Shown here: positions 24,207 through 36,200 of the stretch, piece by piece | Layout of the letters: each line of letters begins with the position of its first letter | How positions within the stretch are numbered: the stretch's first letter is position 1 | From: Dicyema japonicum | Lineage: Eukaryota; Animalia; Dicyemida | Direction of reading: 5' to 3' | Assembly (NCBI GenBank): GCA_011109175.1 | Contig: RDEW01000095.1 | Span: forward strand, 40,046-104,045 | DNA: 64,000 bases | Program-made: the position numbers and the translations under genes | Notes under the pieces: model-generated | Database searches by the model: none | What the model was told of the DNA's origin: nothing | The model's input: the letters and a program-made list of their open reading frames with translations, nothing else

Positions 24207-27200
24207 ATGATCCTAAATAAGTCAAATTCGGTCAAACTCTTTGTTAAAAATAATTTGTCTGTCAGGCTGAATCCACTGAACATCAAAATGATACCACGTG
24301 ACTTGAGAGAAAAAATATTTGGTCCCGATGAGGTTAGTCGCCTAAGGAAAGTTAATAGAAAATATACAACGGCGAGGCAGTTAAAAAGGCCAAAGAACAT
24401 CACTCAATGTTTATTGAGAAGAAAAATGAGGATTTATCTGATGATCAATGTGCTTATTTTGAAAAATTTTCTCAAAATTACCAAAATTTCCTGGATCGAC
24501 GATTTCTACTTTTTTCCCACAAATGGCAAAGGACTTGGCCCTTCCATACATAAGACTTGCAAACAAGCTGTGCAACTGTAACTCAATTCCACCAATCCCT
24601 GATACGCTACATATGAAAGAAGGTCCTAAACCTCTTATATCTAGGCTGGGTCAAATATAATGAAGATGGGTCGTTTGAAAAAGTCGATTACCCCGACGAG
24701 TCTGCCCTTGTTTTTGATGTTGAGACATTAGTGAGAGATCAAAGTCGGCCTGTCATGCTGTAGCATTATCCCCGACTAATTGGTTTTAAATTGTTTTAAA
24801 ATTTGTACAGGTATGCTTGGTGTAGTCCGTATTTGATTAATTCTGACTATTACCACGGTTCAAGAAGACGCCTCAGTGATATCATTCCAATGGAGACTTC
24901 TACGACTGATGACCTGGCCAACCATGTCTCACGCCAGCCTCGACTTATTGTAGGACATAATGTTTCCTTTGACCGCTCTTTCATTCGAGAAGAGTATCTT
25001 TTACAGGTAATGGCCCCTATTTTAGTTCAGGGCACAAAAACGAGATTTATTGACACCATGTCGTTGCACATCGCTTGCTCTGGCTTCATAAGTGATCAAA
25101 AGATCGAATTAAGGCAAAGATCCATAGTGGATGATGAGAAGGAGGCAGAACTGTGGATGAGCTTAGGTTCTGCAAATTCATTAAAGGATGTTTACGCCTA
25201 TCATTGTGGAGGTAAGCCATTGGAGAAGGACATTCGTGATATTTTTGTGAAAGGAACTGTTAATGACGTACGCCATTCCTTCGACGACCTTGTCAAATAT
25301 TGTGCGAATGATGTTTTGGCTACATTCCACGTGTTTCGTAAACTCTTTAGATTGTACACTTCCAGGTACAGATACGTCCCTAAATTTAGGTTTCCGTCAG
25401 TCATTAGTTTCTCCGGAATGCTAGAAATGGGCTCTTCGTATTTGCCTATTAACGATAACTGGCAGTATTTTATCCACCAATCACAGAACAAATTTTACGA
25501 CTACGAAAGGAAAATTAAACGACTTTTGCTGAACGCAGCCAACAGTGCCGTCACCGCTAAGGAAGAATCAGTTAACTGCCCTTGGACGTGGAATCTTGAC
25601 TGGACGACAGTTCCCTATAAACATAAAAAGAATACAAAGGCTTTAACCACCAAAGAGTTAATCTCTAAACTATTTATGAATGAAAAAGTAAGCCACCTGA
25701 ATTTTCTGAATGACTATCCCCAGTATTGAGTTTTCTTTAACGGTAGATGGTATCGAAAATTGTGCGCCAGTCCTTCCTCAAATGAAAACACGACATTTGC
25801 TCCTTCAAATTTAACACTTTCTCAACGAATTGTTCCAAAGTTGCTGAAACTAAGTTATTTTGGATGTCCTCTGTTTTATCATTCCATATATGGTTGGGGT
25901 TTCCTTGTCCCTTCTCTCGGACCTTCGCAATCCTCAGTATCTGACAGTCTTTTTCCATATCCGGCAAAGTTTATTAGTTTGAGTAATCCTTTAGATTTGC
26001 TCTTTTCAATATCCTCAAATATTTTTGCAAGAATTTTGAAAAAACAAACGCTGGGGAGATTTTTTCATTCAAATTTTTAAATGATTTGGTTACTGCTGGA
26101 CCAGACTCTTTGAATGATATCAATTTCCGTGATGAAGTCTATTTTAAGGTTCTCTTCTTAAATATCCTCGTAGCTGGGGACGTGGTTTAGTCGGCATTTG
26201 AGTACAAATTATAAACGGCGCGTTACGTTGGATCAAAATTCTGATGGAATTCCACTTTCTTGGAATTTCTGTGTTTTCTCTCGCAAAGTATTTGATTTTT
26301 TGCATTCCTAGGATTTCACAGAGCGTAAAACTAACATTGTTCTGTCAAAAGAAAATGTCGATAAATTGCAGAATGGAGATTTGGTCTCCGAATTTTCTCC
26401 CGATTCAACGAATCTTCTAACCTGGGCTACAACTCTTTCATATTGGCGTAATAATCTTGACCGAATCAAGTTTGTTACTTGAAGTTTATTTTTTGGTCTC
26501 AATACGTCGTTTGGCTAAACAAATCTGAGATTCCTGAGTCTTTTGGTGAAGGTTCATATGGTGCAATTCTCCCTCGTGTGGTTGTCTCGGGGACAGTGAC
26601 CAGGCGTGGAGTAGAACCAACGTGGTTAACTGCTAGCAACTCAAAGGTACGAATTGATTTACATTTTCTAGGTTGATCGTATTGGTAGCGAGCTTAAAGC
26701 GATGATTCAAACTCCAAAGGGCTACCACTTTGTAGGTGCGGATGTTGACCTGCAAGAGTTATGGATTGCTTCACTTTTGGGGGATGCATATTTTTCTGGA
26801 ATTCATGGTCGTTAGTGAATACTTACTTTAGGCAGCACAGCCTTTTCATGGATGCTTCATCAGGGCAGTAAATCTTTGGGCTCAGACCTTCATAGCAGAA
26901 CTGCAAAAATAATTGGCCTTTCCAGGTCTCAGGCAAAGGTTTTTAGCTTATTTATCGGAGATATTCAATTTTTCCAGAATTTATGGAGCTGGAGTAAATT
27001 CAGCAGCTGCTATGATGAAGAGTTGTGCTCCCCATTTATCAAGTACTGAAACATTGTTGAGGGCCACACAACTATATCGGGAGACTAAGGGGAAACGTAT
27101 AAAGTTTACCAATTTGTTATTTTTGATAGAAGTCCGTCAGGATTTTACTGGACTGATGGAAGGTTGGTTTTTGTTTTTTATTCCAGCGAGTCTGATATTT

Positions 27201-27760
27201 TCAATGTCATGGAAAAGATCGCTTATTCGAAAGATCCACGTACTCCAGTCTTGCGTGGTCTAATATCTCAAGCCTTGACTCCTTCTGCTGTGGGTACTAA
27301 GGTCTTATCAAATTTTATCCAAGTATTCTCGTTCACGGTTAAATTGGGTGATACAGAGTTCTGCCGTTGATTTCTTGCATCTTCTCCTTACGTCGACCTG
27401 CTGGCTTATGTCCCATTATGGTATTGAAGGGAGATTTGCTCTGAGCATCCACGATGAGGTGCGAATTATAGTAAAGTCATCACAACGGTATGAAATGACA
27501 TTGCTACTACAAATTGCCCATGTTTTAACGAGATCTGCATTCTCTCATTCACTTGGAATGGAAGACTTGCCAATGGTAAGTGTTATTACTTTTTTCAGAG
27601 TGTTGCATTCTTTTCATCTGTGGAGATTGATAAGTGTATTCGTAAAGAAGTCGATGATTCGTGTATTACTCCTTCTAATCGACTGGGACTATCCAAAGGT
27701 TACAATATTCCTGATGGCGAATCACTTGATATAAATAAGATCATTGATAAACTCAATTAA
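24207..27760 (+). CDS. POLG: Mitochondrial DNA polymerase gamma catalytic subunit; about 17 micro-introns; two apparent 1-nt deficits
   Basis: RLNPLNIKM; ExoI VFDVE; Exo[11 protein letters not shown]; ExoIII YCANDV; [18 protein letters not shown]; motif [14 protein letters not shown]; motif [13 protein letters not shown]; [13 protein letters not shown]; motif C SIHDEVR. Confidence 0.95.
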
Positions 27761-28530
27761 ATATATTTTTGTATTGTTTGTTTCATGACTTATTTATTTG
27801 TTTATGTGTATTTTCAGTAAGCCAACACTGGAAAATGAATCTTCATTCTGTATTGCGAAAATTGTCTTTAATCACTAATATGAAAATTATTTGCGAAAGA
27901 TCGTCTAATGATGTTAAGACACTCACGGATGGGGATATCTGAATGGTGTAGTGATAAAACGGAAAAAATTGCGTTGCAATCATGAGGAATGAATTTATTT
28001 AATCTGAGTTCGTGCAACCTTCAGTCACTCATTGGAAAATTGAAAAAGTTATTGCATCGACCTGGAGACCTACGGGGTCGATGTAATTTGTTTTGGAATG
28101 ACCATCCACTGTGGGCCAGTGTTTAGCAACAGCTAAACGTGGATAAAAAATCAATTTTGTCGGTTATATTTTGTATACGTTTTAAAATTCAAAATCAATA
28201 AAGTGAATAATTAACTAACTAAATATCAATAATGTTATAGACTTTTCAGCACAAAAGGGGAGCTATAAATTAACAGAAACGATTTGATTTCATTCTGACA
28301 TATTTCTCTATGTTAAAAATTCAAACTCCAGAAGGTACCACTTGTTTAAAATAATCTCGATTTTGTGGAAAAAAATAATTTAAAAAGCAAAAAAAATGTA
28401 AGAAACTAAACATATACTATAAATGCGTTTAAATTTATTTATGATAAAATTAATTTATTTAAATTATTCGAATTTGCATGTTTTTTGAAAATTATTGGTG
28501 ATTTGTTTTCCACCTATAAAAATACCACAA

Positions 28531-29489
28531 ATGACTGAAAACACCCAAACATATGGGAAAAATATCATACTAGCAGGCGCATGTGCTGGAATTACTGAAC
28601 ATAGCATTATGTTTCCCATAGATTTAGTAAAGGTGATTCATGTTTACAAACATTTTCAGACACGTTTACAGTCGATTGCTAAAATTGAAGCATATAAAAG
28701 TGCGACTGATGCTGTAAGAAAAATAAGAGGCGATGAAGGAATTCGTGGGTTGATGCGAGGACTCAACATTATTGTTTTGTCAACTGGCCCAGCACATGCT
28801 CTATATTTCTCGACATACGAGTTTTTGAAGTCTCACTTGAAGACACAAACTCTATGCTCGAATTTTGGAACCAACTATGGTTTTTGATTTTGCTAACGGT
28901 TTAGCTGTTGCTGGTGGCTGTGCTGCTTTTATGCACGATTTATTGATGAACCCTGCTGAAGGTTATCACTTGATCTCTAATCTTAGTTGTCAAGCAGAGA
29001 ATGCAAATGAAAAATACTACATACAGGAAAACCTTCGAATGTCTGCGAAGTATTTACATTAAGGAGGGGATGATAGGGTTTTACCGTTCCTTTCCATTAT
29101 CATTCTCCATGAACCTGCCAAATGCAGTAGTCCACTTTCCAATATATGAGTTCTCTTTGCATTTGCTACAACAAAGTTTTGAACCGACCTTCGTTCATAA
29201 TCTAATCGCCGGGAGTATTGCTGGTGGATTATCGGCCGGATTAACCACTCCCCTTGATGTTATTCGGACATTGATAAACACACAGGAGCAGTCAGTCAGA
29301 GAAGATAAAGGAATCCTGACGATTAGAAATTCTGCATTTGCTATTTATGAATATAAAGGCATCATGGGGTTCTGGAGGGGATTGTGGCCGAGGATGCTAT
29401 ATGCTTTCCCAAGTTCTGGCATTTGCTGGTGCACCTATGAAATATTAAAAAAATTTCTTGCTCTACCCAATGAACCATTTTTTGACTGA
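28531..29489 (+). CDS. Mitoferrin (SLC25A37/28-like mitochondrial iron carrier); 3 introns
   Basis: AGITEHSIMFPIDLVKTRLQ, GPAHALYFSTYE, HDLLMNPAEVVKQRMQ and TTPLDVIRTLINTQ. Confidence 0.9.
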
Positions 29490-29589
29490 AATTGCTTAAT
29501 ACAATAAAATTTTCAGCTTTTATTATGTCTGAATCTCTGAGTTAAAAATTGACAGCTAATTAAGTGCAAACAGTTCTCCTTAAAACTAA

Positions 29590-29760
29590 AACCACGTGGC
29601 CCCATGTGTTGCTATGTGGCTAGTTGGTTGGAGATTTCTGCTTGTTTTGTTTGTTCTTCCTCTTCTCCTTCCTACTAGAGTGGCGCCCAGTGGCAGGCTA
29701 GCACGAAAAGGATCATTTGCTCTCCCCAATTCTACTGGAGGGGTTCGATAATGACAAATT
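29590..29760 (+). mobile_element. SINE-like repeat (shared core, non-tRNA-like head)
   Basis: Highly similar to 50385-50560 and related to 760-910. The head motif also occurs reversed at about 55085-55110. Confidence 0.65.
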
Positions 29761-29940
29761 GATGAGATTTCAATATCTTTGTATTTCAAAAAACTAAATT
29801 TACTTTAATTTGTTATCATTAGCTAATTTAGCAAAAACAGTAAGAAGAGAGTGCAGAATATCCTGCATTTTGTTGTTCAGTGATTCACTCAATTTTTCGT
29901 TTTTCGCGTTACCAAACTCAGATCGAACATTATCAATCAA

Positions 29941-31156
29941 TTAACTATAACATTTGGACAAATTGTCATTCAAGTCTCTACAATAAGTCGTAATTGGAGT
30001 CGAAAATTCGATGAATTCTTCAATGTCACAATAAGTTAATCTTCCGAGAGAAATGAGTCTCTTTAACGTCTCGCATCCAATAACTGCTTGCGAACTCGGA
30101 GACCTCATACTATTCCTGCGTTGTATCAGATTTTTATGGCAGTTCTTATCCATGGATTCATGAAGTACATATTTTGAATCTACAAGCTGTGACCTGCTCT
30201 CACATTCACGGAGAAAATCAGTGATAAAGCTGTGCAAGCAAGTGGGGGACATTTTACAAAGCATCTTGTAAGATTGGCGGTCATAAATGTTCGACAAAAA
30301 AGCGACTTCACTCATTACTAGGGGATTCATTCCACTTTTTTGGGAGAGCTTGGAAATTGTAATTCTGCGGAGACGGCAGTTGTTTAAAAGCAGGCAATAT
30401 TTTTGCAGCGATAAAGAAGGAAACGAAGATATCTTTGAGGACAAAACCTCTTTATTTGAACGCAGCTTTGTCTCCAGGTTTTGAAGAGAAAGTAAATAAT
30501 CTCCCATAAAGTACAGGTTTTGTTCATAAAACTCAGTTATGACTCTCCTAGTTTGGATTGGCATAAATAAGAGCTGAGGGGTCGTTTTGAAGGCACCAAA
30601 TAACAGCAAGAGTTCAATGACAAGCAATTGATTATTTTTTATCGCTTCTGTTAGGACGCAATTCATATCTTCAACCGCAGCTCCTTCAGTGATATGCAAA
30701 ATTCTGAAAAGCCCCAATATATCACCAAGCTCGAGCATATCGAGCATAATTTGTCGAAAACTAGCGGTATTCGAATAATTGCCACAATTCAGAAGATACT
30801 TTGTCTGATTAGCTGGAGATATAAAACTCTTCTCCAAATACTTTGAGCGAATGTATTCTTCTTTAAATTTCGAATTTGCCATTGGTTTGCTAATGTCTGG
30901 TTTGAATTTGGCAATATTTTCCTCAAAAATGTCATTTGCTCTCAATTTTCTGAGATTTATAAATAAATTCCTCTCTCCCAGTCTCCAGTTTTCTCCACAA
31001 AGTAATTTGATCTCAAATAAAGAGAATGAAAGCTACCAAACTGAAGTGAAATCCCATACTGAGGTGGATAGCACAGCACTCGTGGCATAAAAGGGCAGCA
31101 AAGTTGATTGAAGCGAATTGAGGATCCGAGGTACCACAATCACTACACACCAGCAT
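29941..31156 (-). CDS. GIT-like ArfGAP (zinc finger, ankyrin-like region, Spa-homology-like repeats)
   Basis: Spliced N-terminus MLVCSDCGTSDPQFASINFAALLCHECCAIHLSMG...ANDIFE...KEEYIRSKY. SHD-like KMLCKMSPTCLHSFITDFLRECESR. One 25-nt intron near 31012-31036. Confidence 0.75.
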
Positions 31157-31539
31157 TAAGGGGTTTCTTTAACACTTGAACATTCAAAATGATAACATTA
31201 CCTAATTATGATATTTTTGAACATTGATAAATATAATATAGTTAATTGTATTTTATATTTTTAATATTTTATGAACATAGATAATTTTATTTATTTTAAA
31301 ATTATTAATATTTTCTTTTTTGGTGGTCCTGGGGTTTTAAAATAAATAAATAGAGAATTTTATTGGTAAAACAAATTCGTCACTAATTAAACTAGAGAAA
31401 ATAAAAAAATAGTTAATCAGGGCTGGGAATCAAAAATCCTCTTCATTGGAATTCAAAAATACTTCTCATTAGGGACCTCTCCAACCCTACAGCCCAGACT
31501 ATCCTTGTCACTCTATATGAAAATCCCTGATCAAAAGAA

Positions 31540-31995
31540 AAATTATTATGACAAGTGACCTGTCTCGCATGCTCTCATCAATTCCTTCCAGCCCAATGGC
31601 CGGGGTCTTTTGAAATATATTCGGTTTTGTTTCTACAAGAACTATCCGAAGACTCGATGTTAATAAAATACTACGCCAGCCCCGTCCTCCAATATACCAA
31701 TCAGAATCGTCTCTTCCGATGGATATCCGGGTAAACCTGACTCAACTACGATGTAGGTACCACACCTCTCTACCGTCGTACGTAGGTAAACTGGGTGATG
31801 TAAAAGATAACCTCTGTTTCTTTTGCAACTTATCTGAGTTGACAGTAAATCACTTTTTTGAATATCCTGAATTAGTACAATGTTCGTCTACAATGCCAAG
31901 ACCAACCGATCTATGGGATCGACCGGCATTTGCTACGTCCTACTTAATAGCCGCTGGTCTCTTACAAGTTAGTGAGGACGAGGTAATTAACTAAC
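31540..31995 (+). mobile_element. I/Jockey-like LINE 3' remnant
   Basis: Translates RVNLTQLRCRYHTSLPSY....CFFC...TVNHFF...DLWDRP....YL..AGL. Confidence 0.7.
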
Positions 31996-32670
31996 TTTAA
32001 CGTGGCATTATGTGGCCCTCCAATTATGTAAGTTCTGTACACGTTGTACTGGAATCGCCCTATAAGCAAGAATATACACCATTAGAAGATACCATTCTAA
32101 CTATATGAAATCACACTGACAACAGACCAATTCTAAAGTTCGAGTAACTGAAGGACATTCCAGGATTCTGGTCCCTCTTCGTCTCGTCGTACTAAGTATT
32201 TGAAAAATAATTCTTTCATAGGTCGTTTTTTCTGATATTTCTTTTCAGCATTGGTTTTATTTCCTTGGATATCCACAAGGCCATAGATTCCGTATTAAAT
32301 AAAAGATTGGAAATCTAAAGTCAGTCTAGTTAACTATTTAGTTGTCGGAAAGGTCCAAATGGTGTCCCTTAGGGATTATCTAAAATTCCGTGTTATTCAA
32401 ACTATTTTTGGTAGACCTTGCTACCCAAGAAGCAGGGAATTTGAACAAAGATGCCGTGACTAGATTTCATAGAATGATTACATGTTTGACTGAAAGAAAA
32501 CTGTCATCATTTAATTATGAGAAGTTTATTACTACACTTAGAAAAAAATGGTGAATGATACAATAATTCTTTTAAGTAAACAAAGAAAAAGCCTGTGATT
32601 CAAATTTGAGATGCATTTATACTTTTCAAAACCGAGTTCTTATCTAAATAGAATATCGAGGTAGTAAAGT

Positions 32671-32743
32671 GCCCGGTTAGCTCAGTCGGTAGAGCATGGG
32701 ACTCTTAATCCCAGGGTCACGGGTTCGAACCCCGTATCGGGCT
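32671..32743 (+). tRNA. tRNA-Lys (anticodon CTT)
   Basis: GCCCGGTTAGCTCAGTCGGTAGAGCATGGGACTCTTAATCCCAGGGTCACGGGTTCGAACCCCGTATCGGGC forms a full cloverleaf. A T-run terminator follows. Confidence 0.95.
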
Positions 32744-32814
32744 TAACTTTTTAGAATTTGTTTTTATAGTAATAATGTTTTATTTAACAATAAATTATTA
32801 TTTATTAGATATGG

Positions 32815-32905
32815 GGGACAGCGGCTGCTGACATTAAGAAGTAAGCGTTTCCGCGGACAACTGCGATCCCAATTCGTTGCCTCAGCCAGACCGCTTCCCG
32901 CACGT
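32815..32905 (-). mobile_element. CRE-like 3' end fragment
   Basis: Translates DVREAVWLRQRIGIAVVRGNA. Confidence 0.7.
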
Positions 32906-34030
32906 CTTATTATTAAAAAAAATAATAATAGATCGACTATTTGGATGTTGTCTGTGAAGGTGGTTTAGAGTTTAGTTGAATGAAAATCAAGTTAATACCT
33001 GTCAATGATTGTAGAGGAATTAAATACGAATTTATCCAATTATTTTCACAAACAAGATATTTTCATTAGTAAGTATTTTGAATTTAATTATGCAGGAATA
33101 TTTAAACATGGATTGAATAATACGCATTTGTCAGCGAAACGGGCTCACGGTTTATCTCATGCGATCACATAAAGAATGCGTGAAATTCTGAGAACAGTGA
33201 ACGAAGATAAATCTACTAAGAAAGCCAATAATCAACTGACTGCGCATTTTTTTATATGTCACGGTTCGATGGTCGACTGTAAAAAAATTTAGTAAAATTT
33301 GGTGGGGTAGTTGGTTTTCCATATCGGATTTACAACAAAAGTGATGTCCGAGTAAATATTTAGCTTCCTTATTCATATCTTCCACACTAAAACATCCCTC
33401 AATCATGGAATACCATACGGAACACCACTAAGACTTACTCAGGAAAGCAATGTCTCCTGACTATCCTCTCGGGCTGAAGATCAAGCAATATCTAGACGCC
33501 TGCCGAAAAGAAGCCTTTCCCTTTGTAAAGATTAATCCAGGACTTTAAAACTAACAACAAAAGAATGTCAGATATGGACACTAGGATCGCTTAGCTATTC
33601 CTGCATTATTCCATCCAAAATACGTGACTGGTAATAACAACTTTTTGTTTTTGTTATTTTGAATATTCTGTTATGACGGATTAGTGCATATTTAGCACGA
33701 GATTTTAAAGGTCGTCGCCGTGAGTACTCGCAAACTGATGAATGGGACTAATTAATTCCTCTAGTCATTTTCCACAGATCTATCCGAAATAAATCAAATC
33801 AACCCTCAGTACTTTCACTACCAGCCTCAGGTCATCACAAAGAATTTCATGAAGTATCGTACACAGACGCCCATGGAATCTTTCCTTAGATGCTGCAAAA
33901 TAGTTATCAATTTGCTGACGAGTTTGAGTCCACTCTTAAAATATAACCAAATAAACTCAAGCGTTCCTCTGTGACTAGAATCAAGTTTTATTTAATTAAA
34001 ACTAAATATTAAAATAATAATTTAAATTTA

Positions 34031-34643
34031 ATGGAGCATGGCGACTCTAATTCTGGTGGGAAAATTCTTCATTCATTATTATTCATATCCTTATTTATTG
34101 TATTTGACATTTTAAATTATTCTAAAATGTCGCCAAGCACTAATACAATCGATAGTGATCACTCTAATACCAGACATCTTAGGTTTCTTGTTTGGTATTA
34201 TTTATATATAATTATTAGTAATTCCTGAGGTTACTCACAACTTTACAATGACATTGCCTATGAACTCTCACATCACCTTCCCCCACACTTTGAATTCTCT
34301 CTCGAACTTGCTTATCCTAATTTTCCCTCAATCTAATATGCTCTCTACTACAGATACTTAAGTTTGTTGTGCCTCTGCTAATAATCCTCCAAGTCAATAT
34401 ATTCCAATATGTAAATCTCTCGACTCCCCAAATATGGATGGATGCTCTCAATAACAGGGTTATGAGTTGTATTACTTGCTTTATCCTTATTGGCTTTATA
34501 CACAGCGTACTGTCGTACACAGGTGCATTCGAGGTGTTTTGTGATGGTATTTATTGATTATAATCATAGGGAAACTAATTTATTCTAAATTGGAGACAGG
34601 GAATATCCCCACGGTGGCAATGTTATTACAACTTATACAATAA
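34031..34643 (+). CDS. SELENOT: Selenoprotein T (Sec-encoding TGA at 34226-34228; introns 34195-34218 and 34547-34569; 1-nt deficit at about 34321-34327)
   Basis: Spliced translation: hydrophobic leader, LRFLVC-N-S-U-GYSQLY (human LKFQICVSUGYRRVF), then ILKFVV..LII, PQIWMDALNNRVMSC, TGAFEVFCDGKLIYSKLETGNIPT (human TGAFEITLNDVPVWSKLESGHLPS). Confidence 0.88.
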
Positions 34644-34647
34644 TTGC

Positions 34648-34701
34648 ATTCTGATATGACGTGGTCTTCACCAATTTAGGAGATTGCCGACAAGACAGAA
34701 T
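34648..34701 (+). promoter_or_regulatory. Candidate SECIS element in the SELENOT 3' UTR
   Basis: Lower stem ATTCTG/CAGAAT; core ATGAC (34656-34660) opposite CGAC (34688-34691); 9-bp upper stem GTGGTCTTC/GGAGATTGC; apical loop ACCAATTTA. Confidence 0.65.
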
Positions 34702-34899
34702 AACATTATTGTTTTTAATTTAACCACATTCAAATTGCTCCATTAGGCTTTATGTTGGTTATTTAAAATCAATCCAATATGCAAATGAATACATCGGGTT
34801 TCGCTTTGCCGTGCTCTCTAATGGTGTTTATACTAGTTTCTTCCGTTCAATTTTTTAGTTATAGAAATCGGTCCTTGGTTTGACTCTCCCCACTGGCTA

Positions 34900-35110
34900 C
34901 TTGCGCGAAGGTTTCTTCTCCTTTGACTAACAATGCCTCAGGACTGGTCCTGAACGAGGAAGAAATCCCATGCAAGAACACAGTCAAGATCTTTGAAGTA
35001 ACTTTTGACACGTTGATGACATTCAGCACTCATGTGTATAAGTTTGTCAACGATTCAGTACGGAAGCCCAACTGTGTAAAAATGCTGCTTTCATTTAAAA
35101 AAATAGAATT
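34900..35110 (+). mobile_element. I/Jockey-like RT remnant
   Basis: Translates LNEEEIPCKNTVKIFEVTFDTLMTFSTHV. Confidence 0.6.
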
Positions 35111-35559
35111 CAACATGAGGCAACCACAAGCAATTGTTATGTCGCTTGGGGAAAAAACTAGCGAGAACAAAAATCGAAAAACTTGGCGTTGTTCAATCAA
35201 GAGCCGCCCAATCTATTTATCAAATAACCGGCTTTATGTCAGGGCAACCACTTTCGATGTCCTTGTAAAGGAAATCGGGCGCTATGTACATCAATCGTGG
35301 GAAATCACCAGAACAACGTATTTATCGAAGAATACCATTAAAAGATGAAAACCTAGAGAGAAATACCAGTAAATGATGAAAACCATTTTGAGAGAAGCTG
35401 GGATCACCTGGTGGCTCTTTTTTTATTTATAATTAACTAACTTTTTGGTGATTTCCTAAAAAAGACAAGAGCTTTCTTCTTACAACCTCCACTTTTATCA
35501 ACCAGCGTCGTTTGATTGACGCTACTTAAGTTTTTTCTTTATTAATTTTAGTGAATATC

Positions 35560-36200
35560 TCTCCAAAATATTTGTAGCCTTATTCATACATGAATTGAGT
35601 AACTCCACACCGTGGACACAATCTATATCGTTCGCATGGATTAGTTATACTAAACGTTTTTTTGGATAACGAAATTTTTTAGAACGTCCAAAGCATCTTC
35701 CATGTAAACTGGAGAGAGAACTGACGAAAGTGAGTCACCACGAAGACTATGAATAGTTTTGTTAATATTTTCATGTTAGTTTTACCCACCTTCACCATCA
35801 AACAAACATCTACCAACAAAAATCTTATAATCATTGAAAACAAGTGGTAGTTTATTCCGAAAGTCACTCCCAGAATGTACGTTATTTTTCTGTGTCTTTT
35901 GGATATGCCCTTAAGCCAACGATAACTCCAGAAGAAATCATCGGTTGACCTTCCCCGTCTAACGATAACTCTGATGTCACCTCTCAATGCCTTGAATAGT
36001 TCATTATCAAAGGATTTTTTCAAATTGTTGATTCATATTTCAGCAATTTCCCATAAATATTGTCAAAACCAGCCGCTCTGTTATTATTCAAACGCTGGAG
36101 TTATTCAAGAATTTAGGAATCTGTGAGCGCCTTATTAAATTAACGAGGTTCTCCTTCGAACTGCTAAAGAGGTGAAATGTCATTAAATTGCTGGGTAAAG
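35560..36200 (-). mobile_element. RTE-like RT remnant, heavily deleted
   Basis: Frameshifted RLNNNRAAGFDNIYG.LLKY, GRSTDDFFWSYRWL and GDSLSSVL...YMEDAL. Confidence 0.7.

Noticed and set aside
26750-26752. CTG at a conserved Ser position in POLG suggesting CUG-Ser recoding
   Set aside because: CTG occupies conserved Leu positions elsewhere (calpain DCWLLAA, TP53RK SNILI), so the standard code fits.
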